Under the pieces are notes generated by a model. The model was given only the letters and a program-made list of their open reading frames with translations. It made no database searches and was not told the DNA's origin. The position numbers and the translations under genes were made by a program. A stretch of 64,000 nt of DNA from Escherichia phage UPEC01: the sequence record MW233709; one strand, given 5' to 3'. Shown in pieces: positions 1-9,185 of this stretch; position 1 is the stretch's first letter; each line of letters begins with the position of its first letter.

Positions 1-183
1 CAAATTAATCTCCTTGACCAACAGCGCCAGGAATATGTTGAACACCTGCAGAAGGAAAATGATAAACTTCGCGCAGATGCAAAACGTACTAAGGTTGTGG
101 CAGCGAAGCCTAAATTAGTTGAAAAACAGATTAATCAGTCTTTTGATAAGTTCGCCCAGGACTTCCAGGAGCTCACCAAATGA
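1..183 (+). CDS. i-spanin-like protein, C-terminal fragment (5' end outside window)
   Basis: Frame open from window edge to TGA 181-183; charged coiled-coil-like sequence; stop overlaps ATG of the downstream lipoprotein gene, as in the T4 pseT.3/pseT.2 pair upstream of pseT (recalled). Confidence 0.45.
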   Translation, partial: QINLLDQQRQEYVEHLQKENDKLRADAKRTKVVAAKPKLVEKQINQSFDKFAQDFQELTK

Positions 184-470
184 TGAAATCTATCATGGCA
201 GTATGTTTGGCTATTGGACTCGTTTCATGTGCCCAGAAGCCCGTTGTGGAGCCCACAATCCAAGTTCATCCTAATTGGCCTGTTGCATTGGCTGATTACA
301 AACAGCAATGGGAAGTTAAGGTAATTGAGGGTCAAGCCTGGGTTGGCATGCCTTTTGAAGCATCGCAAGAATTCAGGATTTGGATGAATGATGTAAAAAG
401 GTATGTACATGACCAAAAAGGTATGTTATGTTATTATCGTTCTGAACTAAAAGAGGAACGTTGCAAATGA
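180..470 (+). CDS. o-spanin-like outer-membrane lipoprotein
   Basis: 96 aa; N-terminal signal peptide MMKSIMAVCLAIGLVSC with lipobox LVSC; ATG overlaps upstream stop (ATGA); position matches T4 pseT.2. Confidence 0.55.
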   Translation: MMKSIMAVCLAIGLVSCAQKPVVEPTIQVHPNWPVALADYKQQWEVKVIEGQAWVGMPFEASQEFRIWMNDVKRYVHDQKGMLCYYRSELKEERCK

Positions 471-570
471 TAGAGTGTAGCCTTGGTTGGGATATTGTTA
501 GATTTGGTGCATTCTGTTTTTGTTTTGGAATTGCGGCCACTTTATGTGTTCAAGGTCTTTTTGGAAAGTA

Positions 571-606
571 GTGTACAAACTCTTGGGAGCATTATACTCT
601 GCTCCC
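571..606 (+). promoter_or_regulatory. early sigma70-like promoter with -10 inside a hairpin loop
   Basis: -35 GTGTAC 571-576, 17-nt spacer, -10 TATACT 594-599; stem GGGAGC 585-590 / GCTCCC 601-606. Confidence 0.5.
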
Positions 607-634
607 ACGGATTATAAAATTTGAGGAAATTATT

Positions 635-1856
<1,222 letters not shown>

Positions 1857-1857
<1 letters not shown>

Positions 1858-2054
1858 TGAATAATATCGAAAAGATTTTTCGTACAATCGAAGAAATTGA
1901 AAAACGTAAATGCTTTTTCTTCGGCGTATGGCCTTTAACCGATGGACGTATTGGCCTGGATGTAATGGACTATAAAGATGAAGACAAGGTCGATGGCGGT
2001 ATCTTTAAATCCGCTCCAGAACTCTTGACCTTCTTGGAAGAACATTATGTATAA
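1857..2054 (+). CDS. hypothetical protein (cd.x-like cluster)
   Basis: 65-aa ORF, start overlaps pnk stop; small early-gene cluster between pseT and cd. Confidence 0.45.
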
Positions 2055-2262
2055 CAAACACCATGAAGTTGAAGAAGAAGCTTATAAAGAGCTTCAGAAA
2101 CTGGTAGGGCAGAATATGTCTCCTGCTCTTATCAACAACCTGGCTGCACTGCGTAATGACCTCAATGAACGGTACAAGGGCGAATATTATGTTGAATTCG
2201 TTCCGCTGACTGAAGTCATTGACCGATTTATTGTTAATGTCAAGGTGCATACCGTCCATTAA
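2047..2262 (+). CDS. hypothetical protein (cd.x-like cluster)
   Basis: 71-aa ORF overlapping previous ORF by 8 nt. Confidence 0.45.
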   Translation: MYNKHHEVEEEAYKELQKLVGQNMSPALINNLAALRNDLNERYKGEYYVEFVPLTEVIDRFIVNVKVHTVH

Positions 2263-2287
2263 CGCTTTAAAAATTTTATGTTATAAT
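2261..2287 (+). promoter_or_regulatory. middle-type promoter cassette (MotA-box-like + TATAAT)
   Basis: aaCGCTTTA 2261-2269, 12-nt spacer, TATAAT 2282-2287, followed by GGGGTCTAGGTCC (cassette family). Confidence 0.5.
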
Positions 2288-2333
2288 GGGGTCTAGGTCC
2301 TTTGGATACCCCAATAACTAAGCGAGAAAAGAA

Positions 2334-2612
2334 ATGTTTCCTACATATTCTGAAATTGTTAAAGTAGTTTTTAGTCAGATTGTATCTGATTATCTATACG
2401 AAAGCGTCGACGTGTCGACTGAACTAAAGGTGCATGGTCGTTTGTCTGCTATTCTGGAAATCATGTTCCCAGATGCAGTTGATGCAATCACTGTTCAACT
2501 CACACCTGGTGCAGCATTTGCAATTGTTCCGTTTAAAATTGATAACCACATTTTGGCTATTTCATGCAAAATGGACTTCCAGAAACAAACGGTAGTTGTC
2601 GAAGCAATTTAA
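2334..2612 (+). CDS. hypothetical protein (cd.x-like cluster)
   Basis: 92-aa ORF preceded by middle-type promoter cassette at 2261-2287. Confidence 0.5.
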   Translation: MFPTYSEIVKVVFSQIVSDYLYESVDVSTELKVHGRLSAILEIMFPDAVDAITVQLTPGAAFAIVPFKIDNHILAISCKMDFQKQTVVVEAI

Positions 2613-2614
2613 GT

Positions 2615-2643
2615 GTTTACTTTCACCACGGATGGTGTATAAT
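2615..2643 (+). promoter_or_regulatory. early promoter
   Basis: GTTTAC 2615-2620, 17-nt spacer with TG, TATAAT 2638-2643. Confidence 0.6.
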
Positions 2644-2672
2644 GAATTTCATCAACACATGAGGAAAACAAA

Positions 2673-3215
2673 ATGAGTAATTTCTTTGAAGAAGGCAAGT
2701 TTTACAAGTTCGCATCTGAAAATGCCAAAAAACAGTTTATTGCCGGAGGCTGGGCAGCTAATTACCAAATTGCCAAATACATCGGTATGACTCCGTTTGA
2801 AGTTAAGATTGTCCCTGATACTGCTAGCGGTGGAAGAAAAGTTTGTGAGATTCGTTTGATTGATGAAAAGAATTTTGTGGATTTGGCAAAAATATCTGGT
2901 GCAGAAAACAGGCATCATGGGGCAATGTTTGTTTCTGCTGGTCCATTGTCTGATGAATTTGATTATTTCATCCAAGCGGAAGTTGGCGTTAAGCCAGAAG
3001 TTGAACCTGTGCCAGTAAAACTTGCATCAGTTTGGAAATTGCTTGTGGTTAAAAATGGCAAGATTGAGATTAACTCTCGTCATGTGTCAAAAGAATATGC
3101 GGAAGGCGAAGCAGAGCGTCTGTTAAACCATGGTACTGCAGAAGATTGCTATATTATCAAAGGCGATATCACAAAAGCTTCTATCATTAAACAAGTAAAA
3201 CAGGAGACAATCTGA
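2673..3215 (+). CDS. hypothetical protein (cd.x-like cluster)
   Basis: 180-aa ORF; early promoter GTTTAC-N17-TGTATAAT at 2615-2643 and SD GAGGA upstream. Confidence 0.55.
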   Translation: MSNFFEEGKFYKFASENAKKQFIAGGWAANYQIAKYIGMTPFEVKIVPDTASGGRKVCEIRLIDEKNFVDLAKISGAENRHHGAMFVSAGPLSDEFDYFIQAEVGVKPEVEPVPVKLASVWKLLVVKNGKIEINSRHVSKEYAEGEAERLLNHGTAEDCYIIKGDITKASIIKQVKQETI

Positions 3216-3460
3216 TGCTTAGCGAAACCCCAATTACTGTTGAAGAGTTCCACGAAAAAGTGAAAGCATTCGCTCAAGCGATGATTAACCGTGTATCAGA
3301 GCGATTCCCTAATGCGACTTTGCAAGTTATTCAGGAATCTGCACGCAGTTTTATGATTGTCATTAATCCGAAAATTACTCTAAAAGGTGGTGACCAATTG
3401 ACCCAACTGAAATTGGGTTCTGATGGTCTGGTTGAAGCGCAGCGAGTGTATATTCAATGA
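3215..3460 (+). CDS. hypothetical protein (cd.x-like cluster)
   Basis: 81-aa ORF, ATGA overlap with upstream gene. Confidence 0.45.
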   Translation: MLSETPITVEEFHEKVKAFAQAMINRVSERFPNATLQVIQESARSFMIVINPKITLKGGDQLTQLKLGSDGLVEAQRVYIQ

Positions 3461-3792
3461 TGAATTTAATGGATATTTTCCAGGAAGCACTTAAAAATGA
3501 TTTGGGTGACCATCGTAAGTTGGACCCGGAGACAGCCGCATTTATCAAAGTAACGCTTGCGAATGATGCTCTGTTTAAAAGTATTCACCCAAGTAATTAT
3601 GATGCGGTTGTTATTACAGAAGCTCCTGTAGAAATTGGTGAGCGAATGTTTGGGGTGATTTTTGGCGATAAGAAAAAACGCTTCAGCGACGGTGATAGTA
3701 TAATTACAACACATGTTAAGAGCATTACTAAATTGCGACATGAATTATATCGTGTTGAAACTATTAAAACCAATTATCTCGTGGTGATGTAA
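3457..3792 (+). CDS. hypothetical protein
   Basis: 111-aa ORF immediately upstream of cd, overlap-coupled to neighbours. Confidence 0.45.
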   Translation: MMNLMDIFQEALKNDLGDHRKLDPETAAFIKVTLANDALFKSIHPSNYDAVVITEAPVEIGERMFGVIFGDKKKRFSDGDSIITTHVKSITKLRHELYRVETIKTNYLVVM

Positions 3793-4374
3793 ATGAAACC
3801 AACTACTGTTCTGCAAATCGCATACCTTGTATCTCAAGAATCCAAATGTTGCTCCTGGAAAGTGGGAGCTGTTATTGAAAAGAATGGCCGCATTATTTCT
3901 ACAGGGTATAATGGTTCCCCTGCGGGTGGGGTTAACTGTTGCGAGCATGCGGAAGAGCAAGGTTGGTTACTGAATAAACCTAAACCTGTTCTCGTCCCTG
4001 GTCATAAGCCAGAATGTGTGAGATTCAGTAAGGTTGACCGTTTTGTATTGGCGAAAGCCCATCGCGAAGAACATTCTGCATGGTCAAAGAACAACGAAAT
4101 TCATGCCGAGCTTAATGCGATTCTGTTCGCAGCCAGAATGGGTTCATCAATTGAAGGCGCTACTATGTATGTGACGCTTTCTCCTTGCCCTGATTGTGCA
4201 AAGGCAATTTCTCAATCAGGAATCAAGAAATTGGTTTACTGTGAAACGTATGATAAGAATATTCCTGGTTGGGATGATATCCTGAAGAACGCGGGAATTG
4301 AGGTGTTCAATGTGCCTAAGCGTAGTTTAGACAAATTGAACTGGGAAAACATTAACGAATTTTGTGGTGAATAA
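3793..4374 (+). CDS. cd: dCMP deaminase
   Basis: 193 aa; cytidine/deoxycytidylate deaminase zinc motifs CEHAE and PCPDC; matches T4 Cd position. Confidence 0.9.
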   Translation: MKPTTVLQIAYLVSQESKCCSWKVGAVIEKNGRIISTGYNGSPAGGVNCCEHAEEQGWLLNKPKPVLVPGHKPECVRFSKVDRFVLAKAHREEHSAWSKNNEIHAELNAILFAARMGSSIEGATMYVTLSPCPDCAKAISQSGIKKLVYCETYDKNIPGWDDILKNAGIEVFNVPKRSLDKLNWENINEFCGE

Positions 4375-4607
4375 TGAAATTTCGTCTAGTTAAGTTTTCA
4401 GGTCTGAACTCAAAAGGTGAAAACCTGGTAGCCTTTTCAGTAGAATATAAAAAGTACTTTTTCTCTCGTTGGAAATCGTACTATAAATCTGAGTGGGTTC
4501 GCGCCGAAATGAAATATAAAACGGTGCCTATTCTTGATAATTGTCATAGCCTATTAAGAGCTCTAAAAGAGCGTAATGCAACAACCATTAAAACTGTTTT
4601 GGAATAA
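4374..4607 (+). CDS. hypothetical protein (31.2 position)
   Basis: 77-aa ORF between cd and gene 31. Confidence 0.45.
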   Translation: MKFRLVKFSGLNSKGENLVAFSVEYKKYFFSRWKSYYKSEWVRAEMKYKTVPILDNCHSLLRALKERNATTIKTVLE

Positions 4608-4609
4608 TT

Positions 4610-4909
4610 ATGATTTTAACTGAACAAGAAACAATTCGTCTCCGTGAAAAAGTCAAGACTATTTTGTCTGTTGGTTTTCACGAAGTTCTGTTTGAAAAAG
4701 CAGATGGTAGCATCCGTCGTATGACTTGTACTCGCGACCTGGACCTGCTGCCGTATAAAGAAATCCAGACCCCTGGACCAGAAGCTCATAAAGAACCAGT
4801 TAGCTATATCCGGGTATTTGATACCAAGCTTAATGAATGGCGTTCATTCTGTTTCAATAAATTGATTTCCGTGAATGGACTACAGACCGAGACACTGCTT
4901 GTCCTTTAA
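4610..4909 (+). CDS. hypothetical protein (31.1 position)
   Basis: 99-aa ORF between cd and gene 31. Confidence 0.45.
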   Translation: MILTEQETIRLREKVKTILSVGFHEVLFEKADGSIRRMTCTRDLDLLPYKEIQTPGPEAHKEPVSYIRVFDTKLNEWRSFCFNKLISVNGLQTETLLVL

Positions 4910-4940
4910 TGCTTCAAACGGTGCGTGTTATTATTAATAC

Positions 4941-5288
4941 ATGACCAAACAACATGGATTAAATATGGAATTACCAATTAAAGCAGTAGGTGAATATATT
5001 ATTTTGGTTTCTGAGCCAAAGCAAGCTGGTGATGAAGAAACTACGGCATCAGGTATCGTTATCGGAAAACTCCATCAGGGTGAAATCCCAGAGATGTGTG
5101 AAGTATTTTCGATTGGTCCGGATGTTCCTGAAGGTTTCTGTGAAGTGGGTGATTTGACTCCTCTTCCGGTTGGCAAGATTGCAAACGTTCCACATCCTCT
5201 GGTTGCTCTGGGACTTAAGCAGGCTAAAGAAGTTAAGCAGAAATTTGTGACCTGTCATTATAAAGCTGTTCCTTGTCTTTATAAGTAA
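4941..5288 (+). CDS. 31: GroES-like co-chaperonin for capsid protein folding (gp31)
   Basis: Protein ...[23 protein letters not shown]...[15 protein letters not shown] is near-collinear with T4 gp31 as recalled; true start may be ATG at 4965. Confidence 0.8.
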   Translation: MTKQHGLNMELPIKAVGEYIILVSEPKQAGDEETTASGIVIGKLHQGEIPEMCEVFSIGPDVPEGFCEVGDLTPLPVGKIANVPHPLVALGLKQAKEVKQKFVTCHYKAVPCLYK

Positions 5289-5297
5289 AATTAGCGT

Positions 5298-5305
5298 TAT
5301 AAATA
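5298..5305 (+). promoter_or_regulatory. late promoter TATAAATA upstream of rIII
   Basis: Exact TATAAATA just after gene 31 stop. Confidence 0.5.
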
Positions 5306-5445
5306 ATAATATGGATTGGCTGCCGGACCCGTTAGTTAACCGGAGAATCCTAAACGGTGGACTACAACTGAGAGACTTGCCGAAAGGAAGTGAAATTCAG
5401 AAGAACGTGTCCACCAAATATTCACCTCGTATTGAGGCTTCTAAA

Positions 5446-5700
5446 ATGTCTTTAAATAAACAATTACAACACGCTCTTGAACTGCAACGCACTGCATGGA
5501 ATAACGGTCACGAAAACTACGGCGCATCTATTGATGTTGAAGCCGAAGCACTGGAAATTCTGCAGTATTTCAAACATCTTAACCCGATTCAAACCGACCT
5601 TCGCGCAGTGCTCGAAGCAAAAGATGAACTGAAATTTGCTAAGCCGCTGGCATCTGCTGCGCGTAAAGCTGTTCGTCATTTTGTCGTAACCCTGAAGTAA
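5446..5700 (+). CDS. rIII: rIII lysis inhibition accessory protein
   Basis: 84 aa from internal ATG (MSLNKQLQHALELQRTAWNNGHENYG...), matching recalled T4 rIII; SD GAGG upstream; listed ORF start at 5311 judged an in-frame extension. Confidence 0.75.
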   Translation: MSLNKQLQHALELQRTAWNNGHENYGASIDVEAEALEILQYFKHLNPIQTDLRAVLEAKDELKFAKPLASAARKAVRHFVVTLK

Positions 5701-6097
5701 GCTGTAGGTGATTCGCTACCTTAGTGCGGCTAGAAAATCGAGGAGCCGCCGAATTATCTGATTAATGATTTGCGAATCATTATAGTTTTAGACCCCGATA
5801 ATTTTGTGGTGTACCTCTTGAATGTTATTCTTATAGCGGCAAGTGCATGCTACCCCGAGGTGATGGCCAATCGGGAGTACGCCTCAAGGCCTATATATCC
5901 ATCAGTATATATCTTATCCTCGAGAAATCGAACCCGGAACCTTTAAGCTAACGGTGTGCAACAGATAAGAGCTATAAGGTATGATGACGAGGTTTATGGT
6001 TATCCTGTCGTTAAATATCCGAAACCTAATGTTCCCTTCGAGGGCTTGCGCAGGCAATGCCAATAAGTCCTGCATTCTATTTTAAAGAGAATTTAAT

Positions 6098-6260
6098 ATG
6101 GCTAAGAAAGAAGTTAAAGTTGTTGATGGCTCCTCCAAACGCGATGGTTACAAGCGTGCGTCCAACAAGCGAATCAATCAGGTAACTGATAAACTTCAGG
6201 CTCGTGCTCGTGCGGTATTGCGTGCCGATGCAGCTTGCTTTGGTAAGCCGAAAGCATAAG
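6098..6260 (+). CDS. hypothetical small basic protein
   Basis: 53-aa ORF (below track cutoff) with SD AAGAGA and followed by strong terminator 6265-6290. Confidence 0.4.
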
Positions 6261-6264
6261 TTCA

Positions 6265-6290
6265 GGGACTCTTCGGAGTCCCTTTTTTAT
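6265..6290 (+). terminator. intrinsic terminator
   Basis: GGGACTC-TTCG-GAGTCCC followed by TTTTTTATTTT. Confidence 0.7.
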
Positions 6291-6303
6291 TTTCCATAAA
6301 GGG

Positions 6304-6333
6304 GTTTACAACAGGGTTGGTCCAGTGCATAAT
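6304..6333 (+). promoter_or_regulatory. early promoter with conserved leader
   Basis: GTTTAC 6304-6309, 18-nt spacer, CATAAT 6328-6333; downstream 23 nt identical to copy at 30559. Confidence 0.55.
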
Positions 6334-6374
6334 GATTCCATACTGAGTTACACAATAAAACACTGGAGAATAAA

Positions 6375-6743
6375 ATGAAAATCAATCTTAACTCATACAT
6401 CAAAGGTAAAGACCACGACGGTTACAAAGCCATTGAAACTAAAGAAATGCAATGGCACTTGTATAAAGAACAATTTGAATTCGTTTCTTGCATGACTCCA
6501 GAAGGTCCTTCTGATGACTTCTCCTGGAAAATTATGGTAACAAACTTTTTTACTGGTGATACCTACGAACTGAAAACTTTGATTCTTGGTAAGATTCGTT
6601 GTAAGACCTATGAAGATGAAGAAACTGGTTATTCTGAAGATGTTACATGGTATCAAAATGGTCGCACCACTGCTGATGATTTGATTGAAAAAATGAAAGC
6701 TAAGGGTGAATTAAATTTAGATAATTGGATTAAAGTCGCATAA
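6375..6743 (+). CDS. hypothetical early protein (30.x-like cluster)
   Basis: 122-aa ORF with early promoter at 6304-6333 and SD GGAG; leader nearly identical to that of ORF 30606. Confidence 0.5.
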   Translation: MKINLNSYIKGKDHDGYKAIETKEMQWHLYKEQFEFVSCMTPEGPSDDFSWKIMVTNFFTGDTYELKTLILGKIRCKTYEDEETGYSEDVTWYQNGRTTADDLIEKMKAKGELNLDNWIKVA

Positions 6744-6747
6744 AACA

Positions 6748-6787
6748 GTTTACTTTGGTACAGGTTATGATATTATAGACCTGTACC
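6748..6787 (+). promoter_or_regulatory. early promoter with -10 inside a hairpin loop
   Basis: GTTTAC 6748-6753, 17-nt spacer, TATTAT 6771-6776; inverted repeat GGTACAGGT 6757-6765 / ACCTGTACC 6779-6787. Confidence 0.55.
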
Positions 6788-6814
6788 AACAAATGAAAAC
6801 AACTGGAGAATAAA

Positions 6815-7180
6815 ATGAACTACATCAACTTTGAACGCAAATATGTTTCTAACTGCATCCCAGGTTCTTCTGAAGTTATTTGCTTGTGGAAACATAAAAA
6901 TGGTTCAGTGTGCGAAATTGAGCAGTATATGACTCCTAACTACGTTTATATGCGATTTGAAAATGGTATCACTCTTTCAATCACTATGACTGGTTCAACT
7001 TTTAAAATTGCTTTAGATGATGATTTCCGTGAACGTGATTTAGGGACTCATCCTTGCTGGAATGGTGTTAATCGCAAGCTGTTGGTTAAAACTTGGATTC
7101 GTCATATCCTGGGTAACAAAGCAAAACCTGAACACCTGGAAGCAATCTTTGATGTAGTTCTTAATGAATTTGATATCTAA
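6815..7180 (+). CDS. hypothetical early protein (30.x-like cluster)
   Basis: 121-aa ORF; promoter-in-hairpin element at 6748-6787 and SD GGAG upstream. Confidence 0.5.
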   Translation: MNYINFERKYVSNCIPGSSEVICLWKHKNGSVCEIEQYMTPNYVYMRFENGITLSITMTGSTFKIALDDDFRERDLGTHPCWNGVNRKLLVKTWIRHILGNKAKPEHLEAIFDVVLNEFDI

Positions 7181-7217
7181 TCTTAAATGGGGGCGAAAGC
7201 CCCTTGAGGAAAATACT

Positions 7218-7505
7218 ATGTTTATGACTACTTACTTTGATACACGTAAAAATTTCTGTGAAGTTGTTTTCTCTAAAAAAGGCCCTAATGTTCCTGCTGG
7301 GTGTGAACCAACACGCGATTCCATTAAGAACTATGTTGATGTAGTTTGCCCAGTTGAATTCAGGACTGTTAATGGACGTGATACTCTGGCAATCACCAAG
7401 CTTAGACGCGACATTGATATTGACCCAATTGCGGCGCGGGAAATTAATTCATCTGATATTAATGGCGGTAATGTTAAATCGCGCGGTTTCCTGACGAGGT
7501 TCTAA
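7218..7505 (+). CDS. hypothetical protein (30.x-like cluster)
   Basis: ATG at 7218 with SD GAGGA; track start at 7164 overlaps the GGGGC-GAAA-GCCCC hairpin at 7189-7203 and is less likely. Confidence 0.45.
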   Translation: MFMTTYFDTRKNFCEVVFSKKGPNVPAGCEPTRDSIKNYVDVVCPVEFRTVNGRDTLAITKLRRDIDIDPIAAREINSSDINGGNVKSRGFLTRF

Positions 7506-7699
7506 TGCAACTATTCTTATCACAAACAGTTCAGTTAAAAGGTGTGGGTATTCCTGGAATGATTTCTAAGGTCTTACCTGCTTTTAAATTGGGTAATAAC
7601 CAAATTAAAGAAGCCTATGTAGTCCTGTGGGTTGATGGAACTGAAGATGTTCGCATGGACGGTGAACTGTCTGTAATCAAATGTTTAAGGCGAGGATAA
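7505..7699 (+). CDS. hypothetical protein (30.x-like cluster)
   Basis: 64-aa ORF, tightly packed with neighbours. Confidence 0.4.
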   Translation: MQLFLSQTVQLKGVGIPGMISKVLPAFKLGNNQIKEAYVVLWVDGTEDVRMDGELSVIKCLRRG

Positions 7700-7700
7700 T

Positions 7701-7913
7701 ATGTTTAAGAAACTGATTCAGAAAATTTTGGGCACAGAAATGGTTGAAGTTACTTATCGCGTAACTGACGTGAGTCCATGGGCCCGAAATATTGAACCAT
7801 ATACTAAAACAATTAAAATGCTGAAATCTGACGGTGGATTATCTATTAAAGACCGTCTACCTGGTTATGGTCATTGGGCTGATGTAGATATTATCAGTGT
7901 CAAAGATGTCTGA
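7701..7913 (+). CDS. hypothetical protein (30.x-like cluster)
   Basis: 70-aa ORF, tightly packed with neighbours. Confidence 0.4.
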   Translation: MFKKLIQKILGTEMVEVTYRVTDVSPWARNIEPYTKTIKMLKSDGGLSIKDRLPGYGHWADVDIISVKDV

Positions 7914-8364
7914 GTTAGAAATCAGAAGCAATTTCCCATGGCCATCATGTGCATTAAGTAACTTTGCTAAATGGCCTTTTGTTATGGATGGCATCCAGTT
8001 TGGAGGTCTTGAAGGCTTCCTCCAAGGGTGTAAGGTGAGAAATCATGAACAACAAAAACGTATATTTGGGATGTCCGGTCTGGCCGCACAACAAACTGGA
8101 AGAGCTTATGCTAGAGCTGCGGACCGTGGGACGCTTTTCTGGCTTGGAATTCCCTTTTCAAGATACTCTGCATCATGGAAAGAGTTGTATACAAATGCTT
8201 ATTTTGAAGCAGCGCTTCAAAACAAAGGATTCCGCGACGCATTACAAGCTACAAAGGGCAAAGTTTTAAAGCATTCGATGGCGAGCCACCTTACTGTTCA
8301 TGATACAATATTGACTGAACAAGAATTTATTGACATACTTAACCAATTGAGAGATGCATTATGA
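7897..8364 (+). CDS. NADAR/YbiA-like (DUF1768-type) protein
   Basis: 155 aa; segment LSNFAKWPFVMDGIQFGGLEGFLQGCKV resembles the YbiA core DFSNFAAWPIKVDGKTWPTSEHYFQAQKF (recalled); position corresponds to T4 30.3. Confidence 0.5.
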   Translation: MSKMSELEIRSNFPWPSCALSNFAKWPFVMDGIQFGGLEGFLQGCKVRNHEQQKRIFGMSGLAAQQTGRAYARAADRGTLFWLGIPFSRYSASWKELYTNAYFEAALQNKGFRDALQATKGKVLKHSMASHLTVHDTILTEQEFIDILNQLRDAL

Positions 8365-9185
8365 AACCCGTTATTTTAACAGATATTGATGGCGTATGTT
8401 TGTCATGGCAGTCTGGCTTGCCTTATTTCGCCCAAAAATATAATTTACCCCTGGAACATATCCTTAAGATGATTCAGGATGAAAAATTTGTGACCCCTGG
8501 TAAACTGTTCAATTGTGATGAAGAGTTGGGAGCACAGTTGATTGAGAAATATAACTGTTCAGATTTTATTCGCTATTTGTCTCCTTACGCAGATGCATTA
8601 GGGGTTATTAATAACCTCAAAGAGCAATATGATTTTGTGGCTGTTACGGCTCTGGGTGATTCCATTGATGCCCGTCTGAATCGTCAATTCAACCTGAATG
8701 CTTTGTTCCCTGGCGCATTTAAAGAAGTGATGATGTGCGGCCATACAGCCTCTAAAGAAGAGTTATTTCAGAAAGCGAAGACCAAATATAATGTCGTTTG
8801 TTATATTGATGACCTTGCACACCATTGCGACCATGCGAGTGAAATCCTTGAAGTCCCGGTTTATTGGATGGCTCGTGGCGAACGTGATGCTATTCCTAAA
8901 ACAGCTTCCAAAGTTTTTAATTGGGACGATGTTGCTGGACAGCTTAAGTTGAAACACAAAGATGAACCGGTCAAACCCGAATTCACCCCAGATGAACTCC
9001 GTAAACTGGAAGAGTTGTTTCGTGAAAGTCGACGTCTTCAACAACAAATGCAGCAAGGATGGCAACCAGGTCAACCATGGACCCCTGGATATAATCCAGC
9101 ATATCCATATCAATATGGCCAGCGCGTAGGTACTGGTATTGAATACTGGTACAATCAACCGACCGGTGGCCAAGGGGGTAATTGA
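8361..9185 (+). CDS. HAD-like hydrolase with Q/P/G/Y-rich C-terminal tail
   Basis: 274 aa; HAD motif I LTDIDGV at N-terminus; C-terminal 50 aa low-complexity (QQQMQQGWQPGQPWTPGYNPAYPYQYGQ...). Confidence 0.55.
   Translation: MKPVILTDIDGVCLSWQSGLPYFAQKYNLPLEHILKMIQDEKFVTPGKLFNCDEELGAQLIEKYNCSDFIRYLSPYADALGVINNLKEQYDFVAVTALGDSIDARLNRQFNLNALFPGAFKEVMMCGHTASKEELFQKAKTKYNVVCYIDDLAHHCDHASEILEVPVYWMARGERDAIPKTASKVFNWDDVAGQLKLKHKDEPVKPEFTPDELRKLEELFRESRRLQQQMQQGWQPGQPWTPGYNPAYPYQYGQRVGTGIEYWYNQPTGGQGGN

Noticed and set aside
5311-5445. N-terminal extensions of track ORFs for rIII (5311), uvsY (20796), gp26 (19726), uvsW (24315), gp19 (36867), gp7 (54814), gp53 (59901), gp3 (61114), gp28 (17875)
   Set aside because: Conserved N-termini recalled from T4 homologs begin at internal ATGs that have better SD sequences; the extensions would run over promoters or upstream genes.
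5901-5960. Possible tRNA suggested by a GGTTCGA-like stretch (TCGAACCCGGAACC at 5929-5942)
   Set aside because: Could not build a cloverleaf: no complementary T-stem or acceptor stem on either strand; needs a proper covariance-model scan.
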